Assembly (NCBI GenBank): GCA_047602405.1
Contig: JASGHJ010000002.1
Span: 2,528,001 to 2,592,000, forward strand
From: Anaeromyxobacteraceae bacterium
GTDB taxonomy: Bacteria; Myxococcota; Myxococcia; Myxococcales; Anaeromyxobacteraceae
Direction of reading: 5' to 3'
Length of the DNA: 64,000 nt
Part shown: positions 30,461-41,309 of the stretch, one piece after another
Numbering within the stretch: the stretch's first letter is position 1
Layout of the letters: every line of letters begins with the position of its first letter
The notes under the pieces: model-generated
What the model saw: the letters and a program-made list of their open reading frames with translations, nothing else
What the model was told of the DNA's origin: nothing
Databases searched by the model: none
Program-made: the position numbers and the translations under genes

Positions 30461-30487
30461 GTGTCCCACGGCGCGCGCGAGCGGTGT
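30461..30487 (+). promoter_or_regulatory. Candidate ECF promoter GTGTCCCA-N13-CGGTGT facing the sigma/anti-sigma/caspase operon
   Basis: Same bipartite motif and spacing as 30342-30368. Confidence 0.55.
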
Positions 30488-30510
30488 AACCGCCACAGGA
30501 GAGCGGGACC

Positions 30511-31029
30511 TTGGCCGACGGCCCGAGCAGAGCCGCAGCGCTGTACCGCACCTACGGCCCCGCCGTTTACCGGCGGTGCCTGAAGCTGCTCCGCGACCCC
30601 GAGGTGGCGAAGGACGCCACGCAGGACGTGTTCATGAAGCTCGTGAAGGACATGGACCGGCTCACCGACGAGCACGCCCTGCCGTGGATCTACCGGGTCG
30701 CGACGAACCACTGCCTCAACCTGCTCCGCTCCCGCCGCCGCCGCGGGGAGGAGGTCGACGTGGCCGACGACGCGCTCGACCTCGCCCCCGCCCGGCCCCA
30801 GGGCTCGGCCGCCGGCGACGACCACTCCCCTTACCCGGCGCGCGCGCTCGCGGCCTCGGTGCTCGCGCAGTTCGACGAAGGGACGCAGGCGGTCGCGGTC
30901 GGCATCCTGGTCGACGGGATGGAGCAGGAGGAGCTCGCGGGTGCCCTCGGCATCTCGCGCAAGACCGTCCAGCGGCGCCTCGAGCGGTTCCTCGAGCGCG
31001 CGCGCGCCTTCCTGTCGGGAGCCGACTAG
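30511..31029 (+). CDS. ECF sigma factor
   Basis: AKDATQDVFMKL, WIYRVATNHCLNLLR, QEELAGALGISRKTVQRRL; TTG start after an AGGAG RBS. Confidence 0.88.
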   Translation: MADGPSRAAALYRTYGPAVYRRCLKLLRDPEVAKDATQDVFMKLVKDMDRLTDEHALPWIYRVATNHCLNLLRSRRRRGEEVDVADDALDLAPARPQGSAAGDDHSPYPARALAASVLAQFDEGTQAVAVGILVDGMEQEELAGALGISRKTVQRRLERFLERARAFLSGAD

Positions 31030-31779
31030 ATGACCGCCTCGCCCGGGACCCCCTGCCCCTCCGACCTCGCCCTCGAGGCGCACCTCCTCGACCCCGCGGC
31101 CTCGAAGCTCGGGCCCCACCTCGCCGCCTGCGCCGCCTGCGCCGCGCGCCTCCACGCGATGGAGCGCCAGGGCGAGGACTTCCGGCGCTTCGTCTACCCG
31201 GTCACCGTGGAGAAGGTGGAGGAGGCCGCCGGGAAGTCCCGCCGCCGCTCCTTCTGGCTCCTCGCGCCGGTGCCGATCTTCGCGGCGCTGCTCGCGGTCG
31301 TGATGCTCCGGCCTGCAGTCCAGCCCCCGGGCGACGACTACACCGGCCTCAAGGGCGCGGCCGGCGGGGTCGGGCTCACCGTGTTCACGCCGGGGAGCGC
31401 CGGCGCGACGCCGCTCGCCGACGGCGCGCACCTCGGCGCCTCCGCCGCGCTCCGGTTCCGCGTCCGCACCGCCGAGCCGTGCCGCCTGCTCCTCTTCTCC
31501 GTCGACGCGACGGGCGCGGTCTCCCGGCTTCACACCGAGGAGGGCGCGCTCCCCCCCGGGCAGCACGACCTCGAGGGCGGCGCGGTGCTCGACGGCAAGG
31601 CCGGACCGGAGCGGTTCTACGCGCTCTGCGCAGGTGGCCTCGCGTGGCCCGACGTGGAGGCGCTCGCGAAGGGCGCCGCCGGCGGCGGCCCGGACGCCGT
31701 GCGCCGGGCCGGTGCGCTCGGCGGCACCGCCGCGAAGCTCGCCCAGGCGAGCGTGCTCGTCGAGAAGGACGCTCCGTGA
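31030..31779 (+). CDS. zf-HC2 transmembrane anti-sigma factor with periplasmic (DUF4384-like) domain
   Basis: HLAACAAC, TM FWLLAPVPIFAALLAVVML; start abuts the sigma stop. Confidence 0.75.
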   Translation: MTASPGTPCPSDLALEAHLLDPAASKLGPHLAACAACAARLHAMERQGEDFRRFVYPVTVEKVEEAAGKSRRRSFWLLAPVPIFAALLAVVMLRPAVQPPGDDYTGLKGAAGGVGLTVFTPGSAGATPLADGAHLGASAALRFRVRTAEPCRLLLFSVDATGAVSRLHTEEGALPPGQHDLEGGAVLDGKAGPERFYALCAGGLAWPDVEALAKGAAGGGPDAVRRAGALGGTAAKLAQASVLVEKDAP

Positions 31780-33293
31780 ACCGGATCCTCCTCGCCCTCG
31801 GCCTCGCCGCCGCGGCGCTCGCCGCGCCCGCCCCGGCCCGCGCGGCCGCCGCGCGCTTCGCGGTGGTCGCCGGCGTCAACGAGGGCGCACCCGGCCGGCC
31901 GAAGCTCTGGTTCGCCGAGAAGGACGCCGAGCGGTTCCGCCGCGCGCTCGTCGAGCTCGGCGGGTTCGAGGACGACCGGGTCACGGTCGTGCCGGGCGGC
32001 CGCGCCGACGCCTTCCGCGACGCGCTCGCCACCACCGAGGCCAAGATCGCCGCCGCGCGGAAGCGGGGCGAGCAGGCCCTGCTCGTCGTCTACTACTCCG
32101 GCCACGCCGGCCCGGGTGGCCTCGAGTTCGGCCCCGCCCGCGTCGCCTTCGACGAGCTCCGCGCGCTCGTGGCCGCCTCCGCCGCCGAGACCCGCATCGT
32201 CATCGTGGACGCCTGCGAGGCCGGCGCGCTCACCCAGGTGAAGGGCGCCTCGCCCGCCCCGAGCGTCGACTTCGCCCTCCCCTCGCAGGAGGTGAAGGGC
32301 ACCGCGTTCCTCGCCTCGACCGCGGTCGGCGAGGCCGCGCAGGAGTCCGGCCGCCTCGGCGGCAGCTTCTTCACGCACCACCTCGAGGTCGCGATGCGCG
32401 GCGCGGGCGACGCGGACGACGACGGCGTCGTGACGCTGTCGGAGGCGTTCCGCTACACGGCGTCCCGCACCGTCGCCGAGACCGCCGGCACGACCCAGGG
32501 GCCCCAGCACCCGACGTACGACTTCCGGATGTCCGGCCGCGGCGACGTGGTCCTCTCCGACCTGCGCCGCGCGGAGGCCCACCTGCGCGTCCCCGCCGAC
32601 CCCGGCGCGCTCTACGTCCTGAAGGGCCCGAAGGGGCTCGTCGCCGAGGTGCAGGCCGGCCCCGCGCCGCTGCGGCTCGCGATGCCCGCGGGCCGCTACG
32701 ACGTCGAGCGCCGCGCGCGCAACGGCCGCGCCTCGGGCGGCGTCTCGCTCGGCAAGGGCGACGACGCCACCCTCCCCCAGCTCGAGCCGACCCGCTACGA
32801 GGTCGCGCGCTCGAAGGGCGGCCCGCTGCCGACCGAGAGCTTCGCGGGCATGGGCGTGCACGCGATCTCGCTGCCGGGCGGCGGCTTCGCCCCGGCGCTG
32901 CGCGGCGGCGTGCGCCGCGAGGTCGGGCCGGCGGGGCTCGTCGTCTCCCTCGAGTACGCGGCGCGCGACGTGACCGACCAGGGGAAGCGCTACGCCTACT
33001 CGCGGATGGGGGCCTCGGCCGCGCTCGTGCTCCCGGTGTTCGGCGGCTCGAAGCTCGTCGAGGCCGGCGTGTTCGGCGGCTACGGCTACGCGACGCAGAC
33101 CTGGAAGGCCGACCGCCGCTCCTTCAGCGCGGGCGACGTGACCGGCGGCTTCGCGCTGCGGGCGTCGGTGCCGGTCGGGCGGCTGCGCGCCGCGGTGGAC
33201 GCCGAGGGCGGCGTCCGCACGTTCCAGCTCGATGGCGCCCGCACGACGCGCCCGGCGGCCTCGGCCGCGCTCGTCATCCTGTACGGGTTCTGA
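31776..33293 (+). CDS. Exported caspase-family (C14, metacaspase-like) peptidase with a C-terminal beta-rich domain
   Basis: Signal peptide, YYSGHA and IVDAC His/Cys dyad, GGSFFTHHL, DADDDGVVTLSE, terminal ILYGF; GTGA overlap with the anti-sigma. Confidence 0.88.
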   Translation: MNRILLALGLAAAALAAPAPARAAAARFAVVAGVNEGAPGRPKLWFAEKDAERFRRALVELGGFEDDRVTVVPGGRADAFRDALATTEAKIAAARKRGEQALLVVYYSGHAGPGGLEFGPARVAFDELRALVAASAAETRIVIVDACEAGALTQVKGASPAPSVDFALPSQEVKGTAFLASTAVGEAAQESGRLGGSFFTHHLEVAMRGAGDADDDGVVTLSEAFRYTASRTVAETAGTTQGPQHPTYDFRMSGRGDVVLSDLRRAEAHLRVPADPGALYVLKGPKGLVAEVQAGPAPLRLAMPAGRYDVERRARNGRASGGVSLGKGDDATLPQLEPTRYEVARSKGGPLPTESFAGMGVHAISLPGGGFAPALRGGVRREVGPAGLVVSLEYAARDVTDQGKRYAYSRMGASAALVLPVFGGSKLVEAGVFGGYGYATQTWKADRRSFSAGDVTGGFALRASVPVGRLRAAVDAEGGVRTFQLDGARTTRPAASAALVILYGF

Positions 33294-33296
33294 ACC

Positions 33297-34730
33297 ATGA
33301 GCCTCCTCGTCCGCCACGATCCGCTCGTGCTGAGCGTAGCGCCCGCGAAGCGGGCGCGGAGTCGAAGCACGCCCTTCGCCTTCGCGCTCGTCCTCCTCGC
33401 CGCCTGCGGCGACGGCGTCTACACGACGCGCGGGCTGCCCTCGACCGGCGGCCCTGGCGACGGCAACACCTGCGACGCGAACCAGGTCTTGTGCGCCGAC
33501 GACCCCACCCGCACCTGCCGCCAAGAGACAGACGCGAGATGTGGATCCAGCTGCGACCCGTGCCCTGACGGGCCCTCCGGGACCCAGAAGGTCTGCAACC
33601 TCGGGCGGGCGCCCGACGGTCACGGACAGTGCGGCTACGCCTGCGCCGACGGCTTCTTCGCGTGCGCCACCGGCTGCTGCGGCACGACCGCGGTCGCGGC
33701 GGGCGGGGACTCGAGCTACGCGATCGTCTCGGACGGCACCGTCCACGCCTGGGGCGCGAACGGGTCGGGCCAGCTCGGCGACGGGTCGACGATCGACCGG
33801 AAGGCGCCCGTGCTCGTGAAGCTCGCGGCCGGCGCGGCGGCCTCGGGGATCGCCGCGGGCCCGACGCACGCCTGCGCCATCGTGGGCGGCGGCGCGGTCC
33901 GCTGCTGGGGGTCGAACACGAGCGGCGAGGTCACGGGCGCGGCGACGAGCGGCGCCATCTCGACCCCGACGGTCACACCGGTCACCGCGAACGCCGTGGC
34001 GGTGGCCGCGGGCGGCGCGCACACCTGCGCCGTGCTCGACACCGGGGCCGTCACCTGCTGGGGCGCCGCCGCGCAGACGGCGGGCGCGGCCTCGATCACC
34101 GGCGCGACCGCGATCGCCGCGGGCGCCGGCCACACCTGCGCGCTCGTCGCGGGCGGCGCCGTGAAGTGCTGGGGCGCGAACGACGCAGGACAGCTCGGCG
34201 GGACACCGGCGAACGGCGTCGCGACGCCGATCGCGGCGGGCATCGAGAAGCTCGCCGCGTACGGCGACCACACCTGCGCCGCCACCCGGAACACGAATGG
34301 TGACAGCAAGATCGTGGATGGGCTCCGCTGCTGGGGCGCGGTGCTCGGGGCGAGCTGGCAGTTCGCGACGCCGTTCCAGCCCACGCCCGCCATCCCGATG
34401 AAGGACGCCTCGCAGTCCAGCATCCGCAAGCCCGTGGTGTCCGTCGCGACCGGGCGCACCCAGGTCTGCCTCTTCGCAGAGCTCGCGCCCGCGTGCCTCG
34501 GCCCCGAGAACGCCCTCGGCCAGCTCGGCGGAGCGGCCATCGTGCCCGAGCCCTCGACCGTCTCCGCCGCGGGCGGCGCGACCGACCTCGCGACCGGCGA
34601 CGATCACGCCTGCGCCATCCTCCCCTCCGGTGCGCTCCGCTGCTGGGGCGACAACTCGAGCGGCCAGCTCGGCGACGACACGAAGATCACCCCGGACGTC
34701 GGGATCCTGAAGGCGCCGAAGGGCACCTGA
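33297..34730 (+). CDS. Lipoprotein with Cys-rich N-terminus and RCC1 repeats
   Basis: LLAAC lipobox; repeated AGxxHTCA...V.CWG.N..GQLG. Confidence 0.85.
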   Translation: MSLLVRHDPLVLSVAPAKRARSRSTPFAFALVLLAACGDGVYTTRGLPSTGGPGDGNTCDANQVLCADDPTRTCRQETDARCGSSCDPCPDGPSGTQKVCNLGRAPDGHGQCGYACADGFFACATGCCGTTAVAAGGDSSYAIVSDGTVHAWGANGSGQLGDGSTIDRKAPVLVKLAAGAAASGIAAGPTHACAIVGGGAVRCWGSNTSGEVTGAATSGAISTPTVTPVTANAVAVAAGGAHTCAVLDTGAVTCWGAAAQTAGAASITGATAIAAGAGHTCALVAGGAVKCWGANDAGQLGGTPANGVATPIAAGIEKLAAYGDHTCAATRNTNGDSKIVDGLRCWGAVLGASWQFATPFQPTPAIPMKDASQSSIRKPVVSVATGRTQVCLFAELAPACLGPENALGQLGGAAIVPEPSTVSAAGGATDLATGDDHACAILPSGALRCWGDNSSGQLGDDTKITPDVGILKAPKGT

Positions 34731-34881
34731 ACCCGGCAAGTTCTGCAGCGTTTCGCGTCCCCCGAAGGCGCGACCGCCCGGCACTTAACGCCCGGCGCCA
34801 TCGTGTCGAAGAGCCCATCGGACAAGGCGGCCGCCACCCCGTCGCAAGCGGGGTGGGGCCTCGCCTGCCAGCTCCGGCGGC

Positions 34882-36714
34882 TCACACCCGCTGCGAGCGG
34901 TCGCGCCCGAACTCCGCACCGACCCACTTCCTCCCCTTCACGATCCACTCGATGGTGTCCGGCACGCGCCCGAAGACCTCGGCGATGCCGCCGTGAACCA
35001 CCACGAGGTGGTGGAACGGGCAGAGCGGGAGGATGTTCCACGGCTCGTCGGGCCCGCCGCGGCTCCTCCACCAGACATGGTGACCGTGCTTCGCCCGGCC
35101 GCTGCACCCGGGCGCCTGGCACCTCGACATGAGGCTGCGCTGCTTCTGGGACAGGGTCCGCGGTGGCACGACCTCCGCGCCCCAGACGGCGTTGAAGTGG
35201 CGCGCGAGGTCGCCGTAGCAGGCGCCGAGCTCGCGCTTCAGGTCGTTCCGGGCCTTGCGGGCCGCCCGGATCGCGAGCTCGACGAGGTCCGCCACCCCCT
35301 TCGGGACCCAGACGTCGAGCTCCCGCCGCGCACACATCTGCGCATCGAGCTTCGCCGCGACGGCCTCCCGGACCTCGACGACCGTGAGCCGCTGCGCGTC
35401 CGCCGCGAGCGTCGCCCGCTCGGCCTCGGGGAGCGCCGCGACGAGCGCGAGCTTCGAGTAGGAGAGGCCCTCCTTTCGGGCCCGCTGCAGCGCGGGGCTG
35501 TCCCAGACCTTCAGCTCGAGCGCCGCGCGCGCCTCGACCGTCCGCGCCGCGAGGCCGAGGCGCTCCTTCGCGTAGTGACGGAAGTCGACGAAGCCCGCCC
35601 GGCGATGCCCCTGGGTGCCCTTCACGATCGCGGCACAGTAGCCGACGACGTCGTCCCAGGCCTTCCGCTCCTGGCACAGCCCGACGAGCGTCGCGTCGAG
35701 CTCCTCCGCGGTCGCGTACTCGAGCGGGACGACCTCGGGCGCCGCGACCTCGGAGTACCCCTCGAGCTTCGCCCAGTCGTCGGTCACGAGCTCGGACTGG
35801 TACTCCGAGACCTCCCGCCTCGTCGGCTGCTCGTGCGTCGGCCACGCGTCGGCGGTCGCCTCGCCCGAGGCCGGGTCGGCGGCTCCTGCGACCGGACCGG
35901 CCTCCAGGGGAACGAGGTCGGCCTCGTCGATGGGATGCTCCGAGAGGAACTCCTGCGCGAGCGCCTCGAGGTGCGCGGTGCGCAGCGGGGTCTCGAGGAG
36001 CTCCTTCGCGAGCTCGAAGGCGACGTCGAGGTCCTTCCGGTCCTCCGCGCCGAGCGGGACGCGCAGACGGACGTAGACCTCCTCCTCCTGCGTCGCCTCG
36101 GGTCCGGCCCCGGCGCCCGCGGAGGCCCCACCCTCCGCGTGCGCCGCGTCGTGCAGCGCGAGCCTCACCGCGCGCTCGAGCCTGCGCACGGTCCAGCGCC
36201 GGGCGCGCTCGACCCACACCGCCTCGGCGTCGCCCACCGCGACCCGGAGGACCGTGAGCGCGGCCCGCGGCGTCACCTGCCCGGCGTGCACCGCGGCGCG
36301 GAGGAGCGGCCGCTTCTCGAGCCCGCGCGCGAGCTGGATCGCCACCTGCGTCGTGCGGCGCTTCATCCCCAGGATGTTCTCTGCGTAGTCGCACACGTTC
36401 GCGAAGCCGAGCTGCGCGAGCCAGCGTCCCTCGGCGAGCGCCGAGAGGAGACGCCCGATCGCGAGGTCGACCGCGCTCGCCATCTGCGCGGACCACGCGA
36501 GGACGCGCTCATGCTCCTCGACGGCATCCGGGGTGCCCTCGATCCGGCGGAGCGCGGCGTGCGTGAGCGTGGGCAGGTCGACGCGTGGCGCGCGCAGGTC
36601 CGGGCGCCCGTCGAGCGGGCGCTTCGGCCCCTGTGGCGCCTCCGGGGCGCCGGCCTCGGGAGCCTTGGGCTCCACTGCCGTGGCCTCGGCGACGATGGGT
36701 TCCACCGCGTTCAT
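34882..36714 (-). CDS. HNH endonuclease with DUF222-like helical N-terminal region
   Basis: C-terminal CQAPGC...HGHHVWWRSRGGPDEPWNILPLCPFHH. Confidence 0.8.
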   Translation of the reverse strand: MNAVEPIVAEATAVEPKAPEAGAPEAPQGPKRPLDGRPDLRAPRVDLPTLTHAALRRIEGTPDAVEEHERVLAWSAQMASAVDLAIGRLLSALAEGRWLAQLGFANVCDYAENILGMKRRTTQVAIQLARGLEKRPLLRAAVHAGQVTPRAALTVLRVAVGDAEAVWVERARRWTVRRLERAVRLALHDAAHAEGGASAGAGAGPEATQEEEVYVRLRVPLGAEDRKDLDVAFELAKELLETPLRTAHLEALAQEFLSEHPIDEADLVPLEAGPVAGAADPASGEATADAWPTHEQPTRREVSEYQSELVTDDWAKLEGYSEVAAPEVVPLEYATAEELDATLVGLCQERKAWDDVVGYCAAIVKGTQGHRRAGFVDFRHYAKERLGLAARTVEARAALELKVWDSPALQRARKEGLSYSKLALVAALPEAERATLAADAQRLTVVEVREAVAAKLDAQMCARRELDVWVPKGVADLVELAIRAARKARNDLKRELGACYGDLARHFNAVWGAEVVPPRTLSQKQRSLMSRCQAPGCSGRAKHGHHVWWRSRGGPDEPWNILPLCPFHHLVVVHGGIAEVFGRVPDTIEWIVKGRKWVGAEFGRDRSQRV

Positions 36715-36847
36715 CGCTCGTGATCATCGCACCCCACCCTGACAGTGAGATCGCACGATCCACCTGGGGCTCAGGGCAGAATCCGAGGGTCCACCCCGTC
36801 CGGATCGGCCCCTCGACCCCGGCGCCCACCCGCGTTACATCCCCGCC

Positions 36848-37240
36848 ATGCCCCGCGGATCCGCCTCGAACACCCGCGCCGTCGCGCGCCTCCGCAAGCT
36901 CTGCCTCGCCCTCCCCTGCGCCGTCGAGAAGGCCTCGCACGGCGAGCCCACCTGGTTCGCCGGCGAGAAGGGCAAGGTCTTCGCCTCGCTCGACGACCAC
37001 CACCACGGGGCCGAGCACCTCTCGGTCTGGATGCCGCTCCCGCTCGGCGCGCAGGAGGACCTCGTGGCGCGCGACCCGGCCCGCTTCTTCCGCCCGCCGT
37101 ACGTCGGCGGGAGGGGCTGGGTCGGCATCGTCCTCGACGGGAAGCCCGACTGGGGCGAGGTGGAGGCGCTGCTCCGGGAGGCGTTCCTGAAGGTCGCGGG
37201 GGCGCGGCTGCGCGACGCCTTCCGGGAGCGCCGGATGTAG
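36848..37240 (+). CDS. MmcQ/YjbR-family protein
   Basis: LCLALP, HGEPTWF, FFRPPYVGGRGWVGI. Confidence 0.85.
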   Translation: MPRGSASNTRAVARLRKLCLALPCAVEKASHGEPTWFAGEKGKVFASLDDHHHGAEHLSVWMPLPLGAQEDLVARDPARFFRPPYVGGRGWVGIVLDGKPDWGEVEALLREAFLKVAGARLRDAFRERRM

Positions 37241-37260
37241 TCCGGAGTGCCCCTCAGGAC

Positions 37261-38214
37261 CTACCCCCGCCCCGCGAGCTCCTTCGCCTTCCTCGCCTTC
37301 CAGGCCTCGATGGCCGCGCGCAGCCTGGGCACCGCGTCGCGCGCCGCCTGGATGCCGGCCTGCATGCAGCGCTTCTTCTGCGTGAAGTCGAGCATGCCGA
37401 CGCCGTCCACGTTCGGCGTCACGAGCACGTCCGCGCCCTGGCGGCGGAAGCCGGTGTTGACCGCGAACATGATGTTCGTCGACTGGAGGATCACGTCGAC
37501 GACGCCCTTGATGTTGGTGTTGCCGACCTTCTCGCCGATGTCGACCGCGACGACGAGGTCCGCCCCGCGGGCACGGGCGACCTCGATCGGGATGTTGTCG
37601 ACGACGCCGCCGTCCACGAGCAGCTTCCCCTGGTGCAGCACCGGCTCGAAGATCCCCGGGATGGCGGAGGAGGCGCGCACGGCCTTCGCGACCGACCCCC
37701 GGTCGAGCACCACCCGCTCGCCCCAGTTGAGATCGGTCGCCACCGCGGCGAACGGCACCTGGAGCTGCTCGATGTTCTCGTGCTTCACCCGCGCCTTCAC
37801 GAAGGCCTCGAGCTTCTCGCCCTTCGCGTAGCCCATGCCCATCACGGCGTTCGCGATGCGGAAGTCGAAGAGGTCGTCCTGCTCGAGCTGGAACGCGGTC
37901 CACTCGAGGTCGAAGCTGTCGCGGTCGCTCGCGTAGATCGCGCCGATGAGCGAGCCGACGCTCGTGCCGACGACCTGCGCGATGGGGATCCGCTCCTGCT
38001 CGAGGACGCGGATGACCCCGATGTGCGCGAACCCGCGGGCGGCCCCGCCCCCGAGGACGAGCGCGATGCGCGGCTCGGGCACCTGCACCGGGGTGCGTGG
38101 CGGCTCCTGGGCGGCGACCGGCGGCGAAGCCGGCTCCGGGGACTTCGGGGGCGCGGTGGGCGTGGTGGCGCAGGCCGCGAGGGCGAGCGCGAGGGGCGCG
38201 ATGACACGGTGCAT
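37261..38214 (-). CDS. Patatin-like phospholipase lipoprotein
   Basis: Lipobox LAAC, GGGAARG, GTSVG, DGG. Confidence 0.9.
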   Translation of the reverse strand: MHRVIAPLALALAACATTPTAPPKSPEPASPPVAAQEPPRTPVQVPEPRIALVLGGGAARGFAHIGVIRVLEQERIPIAQVVGTSVGSLIGAIYASDRDSFDLEWTAFQLEQDDLFDFRIANAVMGMGYAKGEKLEAFVKARVKHENIEQLQVPFAAVATDLNWGERVVLDRGSVAKAVRASSAIPGIFEPVLHQGKLLVDGGVVDNIPIEVARARGADLVVAVDIGEKVGNTNIKGVVDVILQSTNIMFAVNTGFRRQGADVLVTPNVDGVGMLDFTQKKRCMQAGIQAARDAVPRLRAAIEAWKARKAKELAGRG

Positions 38215-38245
38215 GGTGCCCGAGGATACGCTAGCTTGCGGCCCG

Positions 38246-38773
38246 ATGCCGACCGCCCCGACCCCGCGCGTGGAGGTGATCCGCGCACCCGACCGCGTCG
38301 TGCTGCGCTTCCGCGCTCCGCGGGGCCCACGGGTCGCGCTCGGGATCTTCTTCGCCTCGTTCCTCGTGGCCTGGCTCGCCGGGACCGCCGCCGTGATCTC
38401 GATGTTCGCCGACGGCCGGGTCGAGGGGCAGGCGGCGACGCTCGCAGGCATGTGGCTCGTGCTCTGGTGCGGCGGCGCGGCCATCGGGGTGTGGGGCCTG
38501 TGGCGGCTCGTCCTCGCCCGCGAGGTCGTCGAGGCGACCGCGGCCGGGATCGCGGTGCGCCGGGTGCTCGGCCCGCTCGCGACCGGCAGCCGGTACGAGG
38601 CCCGCCGCATCAAGCACCTCCGCCACGACCCCGCCGCCCGCGCGGCCTTCCTGTTCGAGTACGGCGGCGCGGCGGTGCGCTTCGGCCCCGGAACCCCGGC
38701 CGAGGAGGCCGGCCCGGCCCTCGAGGCGCTGCGCTCCGCGCTGCCCGCCGCGGAGATCCTGCCGAAAAATTGA
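38246..38773 (+). CDS. Hypothetical membrane protein (2 TM)
   Basis: Two hydrophobic segments, codon bias. Confidence 0.6.
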   Translation: MPTAPTPRVEVIRAPDRVVLRFRAPRGPRVALGIFFASFLVAWLAGTAAVISMFADGRVEGQAATLAGMWLVLWCGGAAIGVWGLWRLVLAREVVEATAAGIAVRRVLGPLATGSRYEARRIKHLRHDPAARAAFLFEYGGAAVRFGPGTPAEEAGPALEALRSALPAAEILPKN

Positions 38774-38806
38774 CCAGTTGCGCTCGATATCGGACCTTGG
38801 GCTGGC

Positions 38807-41260
<2,454 letters not shown>

Positions 41261-41309
41261 GCCGGACCCGGCCTCGCGCCGGCGAGGGTGGAGCGCGTAG
41301 ACTGGCGGC

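Noticed and set aside
29451..31775. 1280-aa fused caspase ORF starting at 29451
   Set aside because: The upstream part overlaps the DUF5666, sigma and anti-sigma genes; the signal peptide places the real start at GTG 31776
34882..36714. IscB/Cas9-like RNA-guided nuclease
   Set aside because: No PLMP or RuvC motifs seen; the HNH is C-terminal after helical DUF222-like repeats
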